The notes under the pieces were generated by a model, which was not told the origin of the DNA, ran no database searches, and saw only the letters and a program-made list of their open reading frames with translations. A DNA stretch of 64,000 bases, from positions 224,001-288,000 of the forward strand of contig CALSNU010000002.1 of assembly GCA_943787795.1 (NCBI GenBank), in the 5' to 3' direction. A program made the translations under genes and the position numbers. Every line of letters begins with the position of its first letter. Position 1 is the stretch's first letter. Below, in pieces: positions 21,023 through 29,194 of this stretch. Source of the stretch: an uncultured bacterium. GTDB taxonomy: Bacteria > Planctomycetota > UBA1135 > GCA-002686595.

Positions 21023-23187
21023 TGACACCTCATCCCGACCTCTCTGCCCTCGCCTACGACGAGGCGACGCCCGCCCAGACGGCGCGCCCGGCCGGCTCCT
21101 CCGAGACGTGGAGTACGCCCGAGGGGATCGACATCGCGTCCAGCTACGAGGCCGAGGAGGCCGACGGCGTCGTGCCCGACTCCGTGCCGGGCTTCGCGCC
21201 CTTCGGTCGCGGGCCCTACTCGACCATGTACGTCCGGCGCCCATGGACGATCCGCCAGTACGCGGGCTTCAGCACGGCGGAACAGTCCAACGCCTTCTAC
21301 CGGCGCAACCTCGCCGCGGGCCAGAAGGGGCTGTCCATCGCCTTCGACCTCGCGACCCACCGCGGCTACGACTCGGACCACCCGCGGGTTGTCGGCGACG
21401 TCGGCATGGCCGGGGTGGCGATCGACTCCATCCTCGACATGGAGGTCCTCTTCGACCGCATCCCGCTCGATCGGATGAGCGTGTCGATGACCATGAACGG
21501 CGCCGTGCTGCCGATCCTCGCGCTCTACGTCGTCGCAGCCGAGGAGCAAGGCGTCCGGCCCGAGCAGCTCAGCGGGACCATCCAGAACGACATCCTCAAG
21601 GAGTTCATGGTCCGGAACACCTACATCTACCCGCCGACGCCGTCCATGCAATGCGTGGCGGACGTGTTCCGGTACACGTCGCAGCACATGCCGCGCTTCA
21701 ACTCCATCTCGATCAGCGGCTACCACATGCAGGAGGCCGGCGCGACGCTCGACCTCGAGCTGGGCTACACGCTGGCAGACGGGATCGAGTACGTGCGCAA
21801 GGGCATCGCCGCCGGGCTCTCGGTGGACGACTTCGCGCCCAGGCTTAGCTTCTTCTTCGCGATCGGCATGAACCCGTTCATGGAGGTCGCCAAGCTCCGC
21901 GCGGCGCGCATGATCTGGGCCGAGCGCATGCAGCGCTTCGAGCCGAGCAACCCCAAGTCGCTGACGCTCCGCACACACTGCCAGACGTCTGGCTGGTCCC
22001 TCACGGCTCAGGACGTCTTCAACAACGTCCCGCGCACCATGACCGAGGCCTTGGCCGCCGCGCTGGGCGGGACCCAGAGCCTGCACACCAACTCCCTCGA
22101 CGAGGCGCTCGCCCTGCCCACGGACTTCAGCGCCAGGATCGCCCGCAACACCCAGCTCGTGCTCCAGCAGGAGAGCGGGCTCACCCGTACGGTCGACCCC
22201 CTCGGGGGCAGCCACTACGTGGAGCGCCTGACCCGTGAGCTCAAGGCGCGCGCGGACGAGCACATCGATGAGGTCGAGGCCCTGGGCGGGATGACCCGCG
22301 CCATCGAGGACGGCCTCCCGAAGCTCCGCATCGAGGAGGCGGCGGCGCGAGCCCAGGCCAGGATCGACTCCGGCGCCCAGCCGATCATCGGCGTCAACGA
22401 GCACCGGCCAGCCCACGAGGAGGACGTCCCTGTACTCTCCATCGACAACGCCGAGGTCCGCGCCGCACAGCTCCAGCGGCTCGAGCGACTGAAGCGTGAT
22501 CGGGACCCGAAGGCGGTCACGGCCGCCCTCGCGGCCCTCCGGAACGCGGCCCACAAGGTTCAGGCCGGGGAGCCCCGGACGGACGCAGAGAACCTCCTCA
22601 CCCTGTCGATCGAGGCCGCCCGGAGCCGGGCGACGGTCGGCGAGATCTCCTCCGCCATGGAGGACGCCTTCGGGCGACACCGCGCGACGATCCGGGCCGT
22701 CTCCGGCGTCTATCGATCCGAGATGAAGGACAGCAACGACAGCGTGGACGCCGCCCGCGGCGCCGCCGATGGATTCCTACAAGACACCGGACGGCGCCCC
22801 CGCTTGCTGGTGGCCAAGATGGGCCAGGACGGCCACGACCGAGGCCAGAAGGTCATCGCGACGGCGTTCGCGGATCTCGGTTGGGATGTCGACATCGGCT
22901 CCCTCTTCCAGACCCCGGAGGAGACGGCCCGGCAAGCCGTGGAGAATGACGTGCACGTCATCGGGGCGTCATCCCTGGCGGCGGGGCACCTGACCCTCGT
23001 GCCGGCGCTGCGAGCGGAGCTGGCTCGGCTCGGCCGCGCAGACATTCTCGTGGTCGTGGGCGGCGTCGTCCCGCCCCAGGATGTCCCTGCCCTCCTTGAG
23101 ATGGGCGCCGCCGCCGTCTTCGGCCCGGGCACCGTCATCACCGAGGCAGCGGTGACCCTGATCGAGAAGCTCGGCGCCGAGGGCTGA
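21022..23187 (+). CDS. mutB: Methylmalonyl-CoA mutase large (alpha) subunit
   Basis: [12 protein letters not shown] (Tyr), [21 protein letters not shown]12 motif; its own SD AAGGAGG at 21008-21014 and a TGATG overlap. Confidence 0.95.
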   Translation: MTPHPDLSALAYDEATPAQTARPAGSSETWSTPEGIDIASSYEAEEADGVVPDSVPGFAPFGRGPYSTMYVRRPWTIRQYAGFSTAEQSNAFYRRNLAAGQKGLSIAFDLATHRGYDSDHPRVVGDVGMAGVAIDSILDMEVLFDRIPLDRMSVSMTMNGAVLPILALYVVAAEEQGVRPEQLSGTIQNDILKEFMVRNTYIYPPTPSMQCVADVFRYTSQHMPRFNSISISGYHMQEAGATLDLELGYTLADGIEYVRKGIAAGLSVDDFAPRLSFFFAIGMNPFMEVAKLRAARMIWAERMQRFEPSNPKSLTLRTHCQTSGWSLTAQDVFNNVPRTMTEALAAALGGTQSLHTNSLDEALALPTDFSARIARNTQLVLQQESGLTRTVDPLGGSHYVERLTRELKARADEHIDEVEALGGMTRAIEDGLPKLRIEEAAARAQARIDSGAQPIIGVNEHRPAHEEDVPVLSIDNAEVRAAQLQRLERLKRDRDPKAVTAALAALRNAAHKVQAGEPRTDAENLLTLSIEAARSRATVGEISSAMEDAFGRHRATIRAVSGVYRSEMKDSNDSVDAARGAADGFLQDTGRRPRLLVAKMGQDGHDRGQKVIATAFADLGWDVDIGSLFQTPEETARQAVENDVHVIGASSLAAGHLTLVPALRAELARLGRADILVVVGGVVPPQDVPALLEMGAAAVFGPGTVITEAAVTLIEKLGAEG

Positions 23188-23315
23188 GCCACAGGGCCCT
23201 CCAGGCTCCGTCGATGAGAGGGCTCTTAGAGCGTTGGCCCGCCGCGGCTCCACCGCTGGAGATTCGTGGTCTTCTGGTCGATGAAACCATGGGCCGAGCA
23301 CGGCCCGTTCGCCCC

Positions 23316-24383
23316 ATGAGTATCTCGACACGATTCGCCTCGCTGCTGGTGGCAGCCGCCACCGTGATGGCCCCGGTCACCGCCACGATGACCGCCGCCG
23401 CCGCGTCGCCTCCATTTCAGAGTCCCAAGGGGCCGCTGGAGTCCCACGTCCCGCCGACCGAGCCCGGGATCGCCTGGTTCGGCACCTGGGCTGGAGCTCT
23501 CGAGGCATCCAAGCGCTCGGGGCGGCCGATCCTCTTCATGTCGGCGGCGCCCCAGTGCCAGGGCGTCCCCGGCGTCTGGTGACCCGGCTATCAGCAAACG
23601 GATAGGCGTGTCCTGTCCGACAAGGCCGTCGTCGCTGCCTCCCGCGCGTTCATCTGCGTCAGGCCCCAGACCTACGAGGACGCCGCGGAGGCCAAGGTCC
23701 TCTCCTACGTCTTCGCGGGCAGGAGCGGGCTGGAGAACACCTCCTTTGCCCTCTTGGACCCTGAGGGCAAGAAGCTCACGCGCGGTTCCAGGTCGCCGTC
23801 CATGACCTATGGAGACGCCGCGGGCCTCGAGGAGGCCCTGAAGAAGATCAGCGCGCGGTACACCGCGAAGGCCAAGCCGATCCGCGAGCTGCCGGAGCTC
23901 AAGGACCTTCGTCTCGCGCTCAACGTCGCCGCCGCAGACATGCGCCCGCTCGTCGTGCTCCGCGCCGATGACGACGGACCACGGCGACGCCTCACGGACG
24001 CCGTCAGCGCGCTCGCCTGGAGCGAGCGCCTCGTGGGCCGATTCCACTTCGTCGTCCTCGAGGGTGAGACGACCTTTGAAGGGCTCAGCCCTGACGCCGG
24101 CCTCAGCGTGGTCCAGCCAGACCCCTACGGTCTGGGAGGCACCGTCCTCGCAAAGGCGGGCCCCGGAGCATCGGCCAAGCTCCTCGCGGAGGCCCTGGAC
24201 CTGGGCCTCCGCACCTTCGAGGCCGAGGCCCGAGAGCACGACGAGCACGTGCGGGAGGCGCGTCGCCGTGGGATCCAATGGGAGACAGAGCTCCCCGTCA
24301 CCGACTCACACGACCGCAGGGGCCGGAGGCCCAACCATCGGCCGGGCCGACGTGGCCCTGGACCCGGTCGCAGGGACCGATAG
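23316..24383 (+). CDS. Putative secreted thioredoxin-like selenoprotein (355 aa, in-frame UGA = Sec89 at 23580-23582)
   Basis: ORF-track entries 23214-23582 and 23754-24383 share a frame, joined by 57 sense codons with no ATG/GTG/TTG start. The UGA sits in a Trx-like motif (GIAW...AL..SKRSGRPILF....C.....W-U-PG......VLSD..V...SR.FICVR) and a SECIS-like hairpin follows. Confidence 0.8.
23599..23619 (+). promoter_or_regulatory. Candidate bacterial SECIS element
   Basis: CGGATAGG-CGTGT-CCTGTCCG: 8-bp stem with one G-U pair; the loop starts 24 nt after the UGA and has G at position 2 followed by U. Confidence 0.65.
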
Positions 24384-24432
24384 GAGCGCGCATCCACGGA
24401 CCGAGGACCGGGGTCCGTCGCCGGGCGGCCCG

Positions 24433-24549
24433 TCAGCGAATGGCGTAGCCCTGCGATCCCTGCCCCATGAGGTTCAGGACCGCGACGATCAGCGCGAAGA
24501 GCAGGATCGGAGCGGCGATCCAGAGCCAGTTCTTGCGTAGGAAACCCAT
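24433..24549 (-). CDS. 38-aa single-pass membrane peptide, DUF5989-like
   Basis: MGFLRKNWLWIAAPILLFALIVAVLNLMGQGSQGYAIR*; GC3-rich codons; too short for the ORF track. Confidence 0.6.
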   Translation of the reverse strand: MGFLRKNWLWIAAPILLFALIVAVLNLMGQGSQGYAIR

Positions 24550-24692
24550 GGACGTCCACGCCCCTCGGCGCTGCGACGAGCATAGCCACGCCGAGGGGGC
24601 GAGGGCAATCGTCTCCGAGGTGCCCGTGGAACCCCGACGATTCGGCCGGTGAACCCTGGGTCTGCGAGCTTCGAGGCGGCATGAATGGTGCC

Positions 24693-25937
24693 ATGAGACT
24701 TGCCCCCTGGGCCCTGCTCGCCGCGGCCCTCCTCAACCACACCCCTGTCTTCGGACAGGCGGCCAGCGCCCGGCAGATGTCGCTCGGCGGCGCCGGCGTC
24801 GCCTCGGCGAAGGCGCAGAACTCGGCCTTCGTGAATCCGGCCCTCGCGCAGCGCGCTCGCGGCTCGGATCGGATCGAGATCACCGCGCCGGTCGTGACCG
24901 TCGTCGGCGCCGACGAGTCCAATCTCCGTCAGGGCGTGGAGAACCTGCAGGACTCCATCGACGCTCTCCAGGCCGGCCTCGGTGGAGCCAATGAGGCGTC
25001 GCTTCGGAGCGACGTCGCGGCGGAGCTCTCCTCCCTCGCTGGAGGAGAGGTCTTCGCCGACGCAGGGGTCGGCGCCTCCTTCGTCCTGCCCCGGGGCCCC
25101 ATCAGCCTCGGCCTGACCTGGCGTAGCTTCGTCGACCTGCGGGGGCTGACCTCGATCGACCCCGCCGACTTCACGACCATCAACAACACCGTCAACCCGC
25201 TCGACCTGGACCAGCTCTCCTCGGAGGTCCTGGTCCCTTCGGTGCGCGTGGACGAGATCGGGTTCACCTTCGCCACGGACTTCTCGTTCTTCGGCCTCCC
25301 GAGCTCGGCGGGCGTGACGCCGAAGTTTCAGTCCGTCGAGAGCCGGCTCTACTCCGTCTCCGTCTCCCAGGCCGATCAGTCCGACATCCTCTCGGGGCTC
25401 GGCGACGGAGGGACACGTCGAGATGACATCCTCAACGTCGACCTCGGCGTTGCCGTTGACCTCTCGCCCCGCTTGCGCGCCGGGATCGCGACCAGCAACC
25501 TGCTCAAGCACACCTTCGAGGCACCGGCCATCTCGGGGGTCGCGTTCGCCTACGAGCTTGAGCCCTTGACCACCGCCGGCCTCGCCTACGGGCAGGATGG
25601 CTGGATGGTCACCGCCGACCTCGACCTGAACTCGACCAGTCGCTTCGAGGGCCTTGGGGGATCTCGCTTCCTGCGCCTCGGCGGAGAGCTGAGCCTCGGG
25701 ACGCCCCTTGCGATGCGAGGCCTGCCCGGGCATCCGCACCTGAGCGACGTCGAGGGCGCGCCGAACGACGCGGTGGTGATCCGCGCCGGGTTCTTGACCG
25801 ACCTGGACTCGACGCAGCAGGACCTGTGGAGCCTGGGTATCGCTTTCCCTACCTACCTCCAGGCACCGCTCGAGTTCACACTTGCGGTTGGCGGCGAGGC
25901 CTTCGGCGCCGGCCTGCAGTTCGGTTGGTCGATCTGA
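24693..25937 (+). CDS. TraF_2/FadL-like outer-membrane beta-barrel protein
   Basis: Signal peptide, AR..SLGGAGVA.......F.NPA motif, alternating beta strands at the C-terminus. Confidence 0.72.
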   Translation: MRLAPWALLAAALLNHTPVFGQAASARQMSLGGAGVASAKAQNSAFVNPALAQRARGSDRIEITAPVVTVVGADESNLRQGVENLQDSIDALQAGLGGANEASLRSDVAAELSSLAGGEVFADAGVGASFVLPRGPISLGLTWRSFVDLRGLTSIDPADFTTINNTVNPLDLDQLSSEVLVPSVRVDEIGFTFATDFSFFGLPSSAGVTPKFQSVESRLYSVSVSQADQSDILSGLGDGGTRRDDILNVDLGVAVDLSPRLRAGIATSNLLKHTFEAPAISGVAFAYELEPLTTAGLAYGQDGWMVTADLDLNSTSRFEGLGGSRFLRLGGELSLGTPLAMRGLPGHPHLSDVEGAPNDAVVIRAGFLTDLDSTQQDLWSLGIAFPTYLQAPLEFTLAVGGEAFGAGLQFGWSI

Positions 25938-25981
25938 CCGGCCCTCCGTCCCTCCCTCTAAACACCCATCGCAAGCGACCC

Positions 25982-26719
25982 ATGATCTCCCCCATTGACG
26001 GCCTCCCGGACGGCGTGCTCGGTTTTGACATCGGCGACAAGATCACCACGGCCGACTACGACGACATCCTCGGTCCGGCCATCAAGGCTCAGGCAGAGGC
26101 CGGCAACGGAGTCCGGGCGGTCATCCGCCTCTCCCAATGCCCCTCCATGTCCGCCGGCGCCATCTGGGACGACATCAAGCTCGCCACGGCGTACTGCGGC
26201 CAGTGGCGCAGGATCGCGATGCTCGCTGACGCGACCTGGATCAGGGCGTCAATCCGCGTGACCAACTTCATGATGCCCGGCCAGTTCCGCGCCTTTGACC
26301 TCGATCAGTTCGAGGCGGCCTCGGAGTGGGCCGCCAGCGAAGACGGCGGCTTGCACGTGACGCTCTCAGAGGCGCTCCCCCGGATCGCCACCCTTGAACC
26401 GGGTGGCCGCCTGACGAAGGAGGACTTCGCCGACGCGGCGGCCGCGATCGACCCTGTGATCGAAGAGGAGGGGGACCTCGCAGGGGTCCTCATCGCCTCC
26501 GAGTCGATCCCAGGGTGGACCTCGTTCGGCTCCTTCCTGGCCCACATGCGCTTCGCCAAGGACCACCACCACCACATCAAGCGGATCGCGGTCTGCTCCA
26601 ACAGCGCGGCCGCCCAGCACCTGCCCTCCCTGGGCAAACACTTCATCTCAGCGGACGTGAGGTCCTTCGACTTCGACGACCGGGACGACGCGATGGAGTG
26701 GCTGCGGTCCGAGGACTGA
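25982..26719 (+). CDS. Tandem SpoIIAA-like (STAS/SEC14) domain protein
   Basis: Two similar domains (KIT..DY...A.W.D....RRIA...W...R.F...AA.EW and GRLT..DF...GW...H...RIA...R.F...A.EW). Confidence 0.82.
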   Translation: MISPIDGLPDGVLGFDIGDKITTADYDDILGPAIKAQAEAGNGVRAVIRLSQCPSMSAGAIWDDIKLATAYCGQWRRIAMLADATWIRASIRVTNFMMPGQFRAFDLDQFEAASEWAASEDGGLHVTLSEALPRIATLEPGGRLTKEDFADAAAAIDPVIEEEGDLAGVLIASESIPGWTSFGSFLAHMRFAKDHHHHIKRIAVCSNSAAAQHLPSLGKHFISADVRSFDFDDRDDAMEWLRSED

Positions 26720-26734
26720 CCAGCCCGGCGCGGC

Positions 26735-27400
26735 TCAGACCTTTCGGCCGACGATGATCTGGTGGCGCGTCCCCTTTCGCCGGGGGCGCGCGTACGAGCG
26801 GTGCTTGGTGACCTCGAAGCCGCCCTTGGCGAGAGCCGTCGCGAACTCCGGCTCCTCGTTGCTACACCAGTAGGCGACGCGCCCACCGGGACGCAGCGCA
26901 TCCCGCACCAGCCGGATCCCGGCGCGCCCGTACAGCGCCTGGTTCTGTCGATCGACCATGGGCGCAGGGCCGTTGTCGATGTCCAGCATCAGCGCGTTGA
27001 GCGCCCCGCCGTAGCGCTGGAGGACCTTGTTGACATCCCCTCGAATGAGCTTCACCCGGGAGTCCTTCAGGGGGTCGCCCGAGTGACCACCGGCGGGCCC
27101 GAGGTTCCACTCGACCACCGCGTCGAGCAGCTCGACCTGGATCGCTTTACCGCCCTCGGGGAGGAGGTCAAGGGCGGTGCGAAGCGTGAAGCCAAGACCC
27201 AGCCCACCGATCAGCACCAGCGCGCCGGGCTCTAGACCCTCGCAAACGTGCTGCGCGAGCTCCTCCTCGGAGTTGTGTTGCCGAGACGACATCAGCGCCC
27301 GCTTGGCCGCGACGATCTCGTGATGCCCATCGTGCTCGAAGAGCTCGAGCTCCGTTCCGTCGGACGTCTTCGCGCTCCCCACCCGTTCCCTAGGCTTCAT
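26735..27400 (-). CDS. Spermidine synthase-like SAM-dependent transferase
   Basis: LMSSR.H.SE, VLIGGLGLGFTL, LDIDNGP motifs. Confidence 0.8.
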   Translation of the reverse strand: MKPRERVGSAKTSDGTELELFEHDGHHEIVAAKRALMSSRQHNSEEELAQHVCEGLEPGALVLIGGLGLGFTLRTALDLLPEGGKAIQVELLDAVVEWNLGPAGGHSGDPLKDSRVKLIRGDVNKVLQRYGGALNALMLDIDNGPAPMVDRQNQALYGRAGIRLVRDALRPGGRVAYWCSNEEPEFATALAKGGFEVTKHRSYARPRRKGTRHQIIVGRKV

Positions 27401-27513
27401 AGGCGCACCCTAACCGGGAGCGGCCAGCGCCCGCGAGCGGCCCCTGGGATCCTGGGCGCGACCGACCACGATTCGGGACAGCCGCCGCCTGCAGCTCGCG
27501 CCGTCAACAACGA

Positions 27514-27552
27514 GCGCGGCCCCCCGGCGAATGCATTGCCGGGGGGCCGCGC
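27514..27552 (-). terminator. Intrinsic terminator-like hairpin
   Basis: GCGCGGCCCCCCGGC...GCCGGGGGGCCGCGC stem 20 nt after the stop at 27572. Confidence 0.68.
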
Positions 27553-27571
27553 CCACTGATGCAGGATGCGG

Positions 27572-28585
27572 TTACTCGAACGTCACGCTGGTGGCGTTCG
27601 AGAAGTTGCTCGTTGGCTGCGGGTTCGCGTCGCGAAACCAGACCTGGAAGTTCCAGGTCTGACCCGCGAGGACCGCGCCGTTGTAGGGCGGCGGGAACGA
27701 GTTCAGGTCGACCTCGAGCTCGCGAAAGCCGCTGGTCCCGCTGTTGAAGAGAGTGGACTCCATACGGAGCACCGACCCGTCGAGGCAGAGCGTCCCTTGG
27801 CTGCCCCCGGCCCTGGGCGTCGAGCCCTGAGTCTGCGATGCGAGGACCATCCCCAAGGCGCCAAGAGGCAACCGTCCCGCGCGGAGGCGCAGGTCGTTGG
27901 CTCCCAGGTCCTCGAAGCCGACCGCGCTGAGCCGGGCCGAATCGCCGCCTGAGTTCAAGGTCGCCGGTGCGCAGTAGTTCTCGCCGATGAATGAAGCGGA
28001 CAGAGGAGTCGCGAGCGACGTTCCCCCCTGAGTCCCCGGCAGGAAGAGATGAACGCGGTCCATCATGAACCCCTGACTCCGTGCCGAGAACTGGAGCGTG
28101 TTCAGGCCGGAGTTGAGATCGAAGCGCGCATCGGTGTACGAGGGACCGGGGAGCTCGAAGCGCGACTCCCAGTTCCAGTTGCCCGGCGTGCTCGGGTTGT
28201 TGGAGAACATCTTGATCCAGGGCCCGTTGTTCATCCGGATCCAGGTGTCGTTCTCCATCGTCGGGTCCGGGTCATCATGCCGATTGCGGAGCCGGACGAT
28301 GTACTCACCCGGGTTCGACGCGAGGATCTGGTAGGTCAGGACCGCGTTCCCGGGGCTGTTGAAGTAGTTGGGGCCGTTCCAGCGGAGGAACCCGTCGCCG
28401 CTGAAGCCGGACGGGGAGCCGGGCGAGGCCCACCCGTTCGGCCCCTTGTCCTCGATCTCGATGGCGATCATGCCGTCGTCCTCGAGGTATTGAGCCGAGG
28501 CCGTCTCGACGGCGATCAGTGGTGCGATGGCGGCGGCGACCAGCGTGCCCCGCGCGGTCTTTCGAATCGTTGCGATGAGAGTCAT
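27572..28585 (-). CDS. Secreted protein: carbohydrate-binding-like beta-sandwich plus the conserved C-terminal domain
   Basis: Signal peptide (ASA-Q), E.DG.IAIE.E...GFSG.G domain, C-terminus GENYC....NSGG...GGSQGTLCL...TWNFQVWFRD...SNFS. Confidence 0.8.
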   Translation of the reverse strand: MTLIATIRKTARGTLVAAAIAPLIAVETASAQYLEDDGMIAIEIEDKGPNGWASPGSPSGFSGDGFLRWNGPNYFNSPGNAVLTYQILASNPGEYIVRLRNRHDDPDPTMENDTWIRMNNGPWIKMFSNNPSTPGNWNWESRFELPGPSYTDARFDLNSGLNTLQFSARSQGFMMDRVHLFLPGTQGGTSLATPLSASFIGENYCAPATLNSGGDSARLSAVGFEDLGANDLRLRAGRLPLGALGMVLASQTQGSTPRAGGSQGTLCLDGSVLRMESTLFNSGTSGFRELEVDLNSFPPPYNGAVLAGQTWNFQVWFRDANPQPTSNFSNATSVTFE

Positions 28586-28819
28586 GGTGCGAATACAAAT
28601 ATTTGGAGGCCAAAAAGGCGACGCGCTGGCCAACGAAGCGGATCACGGCCAGCGCCCTCTGAGGCGTGAGGATACGGCGCTCCGCTGGAGCCGCCATCCC
28701 AGGCGTGGACTTCCCGACGGCTCCGACGCTCGACCGCGCTGGAGGTCGCGCCCAAGGGGTCCTCGGGGCGCCCTGGGATGTCACACCGCCGCGACCAGAA
28801 CTTTGGTTCACTTGGCGAT

Positions 28820-29170
28820 GTGAGCTGCCCGCAATCGACCAAGGCTAAGGGTCTTCCCCACCCCGAATCCTGGTGCGTCTATCTCGTGCGACGGGCGGAC
28901 GATGCCCTCTACACGGGGATCGCGACGGACGTGGAGCGGCGTTTCGCCGAACACTGCGAAGGCCGCGGAGCCAAGGCGCTCCGGGGTCGCGGCCCGCTCC
29001 AGCTCCTGTCATTCAGCCCGGCTGGCGATCGGTCCCTCGCCCAGCGAGTCGAGGCCCGGATCAAACGCCTCTCCAAGACCGAGAAGGAACGACTGGCCAC
29101 GAGCCGTGGGGCTCTCACAGGGTTCATCCGCGCGGTGGCGGACGGGCGTACCGGTGAGGACGACACGTGA
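28820..29170 (+). CDS. GIY-YIG nuclease family protein (UPF0213/YhbQ-like)
   Basis: W.VYLVR..D..LYTGIATDVERR..EH..G.GAK..RGRGP; the start is uncertain. Confidence 0.85.
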   Translation: MSCPQSTKAKGLPHPESWCVYLVRRADDALYTGIATDVERRFAEHCEGRGAKALRGRGPLQLLSFSPAGDRSLAQRVEARIKRLSKTEKERLATSRGALTGFIRAVADGRTGEDDT

Positions 29171-29194
29171 GACGATCTCCGTAAGCTTGAGCCC

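Noticed and set aside
19042..23187. Ancient natural MutA-MutB fusion protein
   Set aside because: The linker is out-of-frame sequence; a complete MutA C-terminus, stop, SD and MutB start survive in the other frame.
23580..23582. Genome-wide UGA reassignment (Trp/Gly) as the explanation for the in-frame TGA
   Set aside because: TGA ends many intact conserved genes here (icmF, arsC, mutB, meaB) and forms ATGA/TGATG overlaps, so recoding must be site-specific.
24693..25937. Conjugative element suggested by the TraF-like protein
   Set aside because: No other tra/T4SS, relaxase or integrase genes are present; stand-alone barrels of this family are common chromosomal genes.
28820..29170. Homing endonuclease or mobile intron
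   Set aside because: It is a short stand-alone UPF0213-type GIY-YIG protein that interrupts no gene.
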